From the NCBI GenBank assembly GCA_963783575.1, contig CAWAOD010000018.1, forward strand, positions 64,001 to 128,000: 64,000 nucleotides of DNA. The letters run 5' to 3'. This DNA comes from an uncultured Spirochaetota bacterium. Lineage in GTDB: Bacteria; Spirochaetota; Brevinematia; Brevinematales; JAOACQ01. Positions within the stretch are counted from its first letter, which is position 1; each line of letters starts with the position of its first letter. Below the pieces are notes generated by a model. That model did not search any database and had not been told where the DNA came from. It saw nothing but the letters and a program-made list of their open reading frames with translations. The translations under genes and the position numbers were made by a program. Below, in pieces: positions 62,462 through 64,000 of the stretch.

Positions 62462-63470
62462 TATTCGCCTCTTTTTTTTCAATATCAATATATTTTTGAT
62501 ACAATACCTGTTTCAATTCTGTTAAACCTGTCCCTATCAAAGCAGATATAAGAAAAACATCTTTTGATATTTTCAGAAATTGCTTCTTAAGCTTCTTTTT
62601 GTCCTTTTCATCATAAATCATATCTATTTTATTTAATGCAATAATAAAATCCCTTTGAAAAAGCTTTTCAGAATAACTTTTCAATTCATTTTGAAGAATT
62701 TGAAATTTATCCATAGATTGATCATAAGAATCCAGAATGTATAAAATTATTTTTGTCCGTTCAATATGCTTTAAAAAATCGACACCCAGGCCTTTCCCTT
62801 TATGGGCGCCTTCTATCAATCCTGGAATATCGGCAATCAATACGCTCGTATAGGCATCGTCGATTGTCATTACTCCAATATTTGGTTTCAATGTAGTAAA
62901 TGGATAATCTCCGATTTTTGGTCTAGCATTTGTGATTTTAGATATAAGTGTTGATTTACCAGCATTAGGATATCCGACAAGACCAATATGAGCAATCATC
63001 TTCAATTCAAGAAGAAGGTATTTTTCCTCTCCCGGCAGTCCTTTTTGAGCATAAAAAGGACTTTGATTTGTAGAGCTTTTAAACCACACATTCCCTCTGC
63101 CGCCTTTCCCGCCTTTCGCAGCAATAAATTCAGAATCTTTTTCAACCAAATCGGCAATCAATTCTTTATTCTCCTGTGAATAAATGACTGTTCCTGCCGG
63201 TACTTCAATAATTATTGACTCCCCCTTTCTGCCGAATTTCTGACTTCCCATCCCATTCCCGCCGTCTTGCGCTTTAAATTTTTGATTAGTATGAATATGT
63301 GAAAGTGTCCTCAAATTCGGGTTTATCTTAATTACAACCTGCCCACCGTCTCCACCGTCTCCTCCATCTGGACCGCCGAATGGTATGTATTTTTCTCTCC
63401 TGAATGTCGCCGCACCAGCTCCTCCTTTCCCTGCTTTTATAAAAATTTTAACTTCATCTTTAAAAATCAT
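62433..63470 (-). CDS. obg: GTPase Obg/CgtA
   Basis: FRREKYIPFGGPDGGDGG, GYPNAGKSTL, YPFTTL, DIPGLIEGA. Confidence 0.97.
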   Translation of the reverse strand: MIFKDEVKIFIKAGKGGAGAATFRREKYIPFGGPDGGDGGDGGQVVIKINPNLRTLSHIHTNQKFKAQDGGNGMGSQKFGRKGESIIIEVPAGTVIYSQENKELIADLVEKDSEFIAAKGGKGGRGNVWFKSSTNQSPFYAQKGLPGEEKYLLLELKMIAHIGLVGYPNAGKSTLISKITNARPKIGDYPFTTLKPNIGVMTIDDAYTSVLIADIPGLIEGAHKGKGLGVDFLKHIERTKIILYILDSYDQSMDKFQILQNELKSYSEKLFQRDFIIALNKIDMIYDEKDKKKLKKQFLKISKDVFLISALIGTGLTELKQVLYQKYIDIEKKEANNENTAAGSI

Positions 63471-63505
63471 TATTGCCTTCTAAATAAAAATAAGAATAAT
63501 GCTTA

Positions 63506-64000
63506 CTAAAATTTAATTTTTTTAATTCTTTCAATAGCTTCTTCAATGTGCTCTCTTTTACCGAAAGCTGTCATTCTAACATATCCTTCACCATTTTTAC
63601 CGAATCCAGCTCCAGGAGTCACTACCACCTGAAATTGATTTAGCAGTAAATCGAAAAATTCCCATGATGCCATATCTTCAGGAGTTTTAATCCAGATATA
63701 TGGAGCATTTATCCCGCCTTCGCATTTTAACCCCAGAGAAGAAATCCCTTCACGGATTATTTTTGCATTATTAAGATAATAATCAACAATTGCTTTCGTT
63801 TCCCGCTTCCCCTGTTCAGTAAATACCTGATAAGCGGCTTTTTGAATTATATATGCCACTCCGTTAAATTTTGTGGATTGTCTTCTGTACCATAAATCTC
63901 TGATTGAGTAGGTATTCCCATCTCGGTCATACCCGATTAATTTTTTTGGAATTATTGTATACCCGCACCTTGTTCCTGTAAAACCTGCGGTTTTTGATAG
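63506..64000 (-). CDS. dapL: LL-diaminopimelate aminotransferase (3' part; 5' end outside the window)
   Basis: SKTAGFTGTRCGY, LWYRRQSTKFNGV, GGINAPYIW, TPGAGFG..GEGYVR. Confidence 0.9.
   Translation of the reverse strand, partial: LSKTAGFTGTRCGYTIIPKKLIGYDRDGNTYSIRDLWYRRQSTKFNGVAYIIQKAAYQVFTEQGKRETKAIVDYYLNNAKIIREGISSLGLKCEGGINAPYIWIKTPEDMASWEFFDLLLNQFQVVVTPGAGFGKNGEGYVRMTAFGKREHIEEAIERIKKIKF

Overview
AT-rich bacterial chromosome segment, most likely from a spirochaete. This is inferred from the FlgE/FlgG N-termini MMRSLF/MMRSLW, the fliK-flgD-flgE-flbD order and the FlgE K165/S178 pair. Most of the window is core genes: der, asd, ssb, lepA, maf, polA, lysS, aconitase, queA, yidC, mnmE, flgG, carB, comEC, dut, tRNA-Phe, rpmH, rnpA, yidD, flgF, galT, a BMP-type nucleoside ABC transporter, proB, obg and dapL. 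No CRISPR array, prophage, integrase or transposase was seen. The best candidates for undescribed systems are: (1) a tandem pair of paralogous predicted outer-membrane beta-barrels, one with an N-terminal FecR domain on a Pro-rich tether, close to a Cys-rich ECF sigma factor; (2) a 443-aa protein built from about 18 tandem 21-residue His/Tyr-Glu helical repeats; (3) a ComEA-like helix-hairpin-helix plus beta-barrel protein sitting where motAB usually follows flbD; (4) GC-rich intergenic elements sharing a CAAGCTTGTTAA end and nested REP-like hairpins. polA, queA and one ABC permease each carry a 1-nt indel in a short homopolymer, most likely assembly error. Two normally conserved operons (rpmH-rnpA-yidD-yidC-mnmE and flgF-flgG) are split. 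All calls come from reading the sequence and recognising motifs; no database searches were run.
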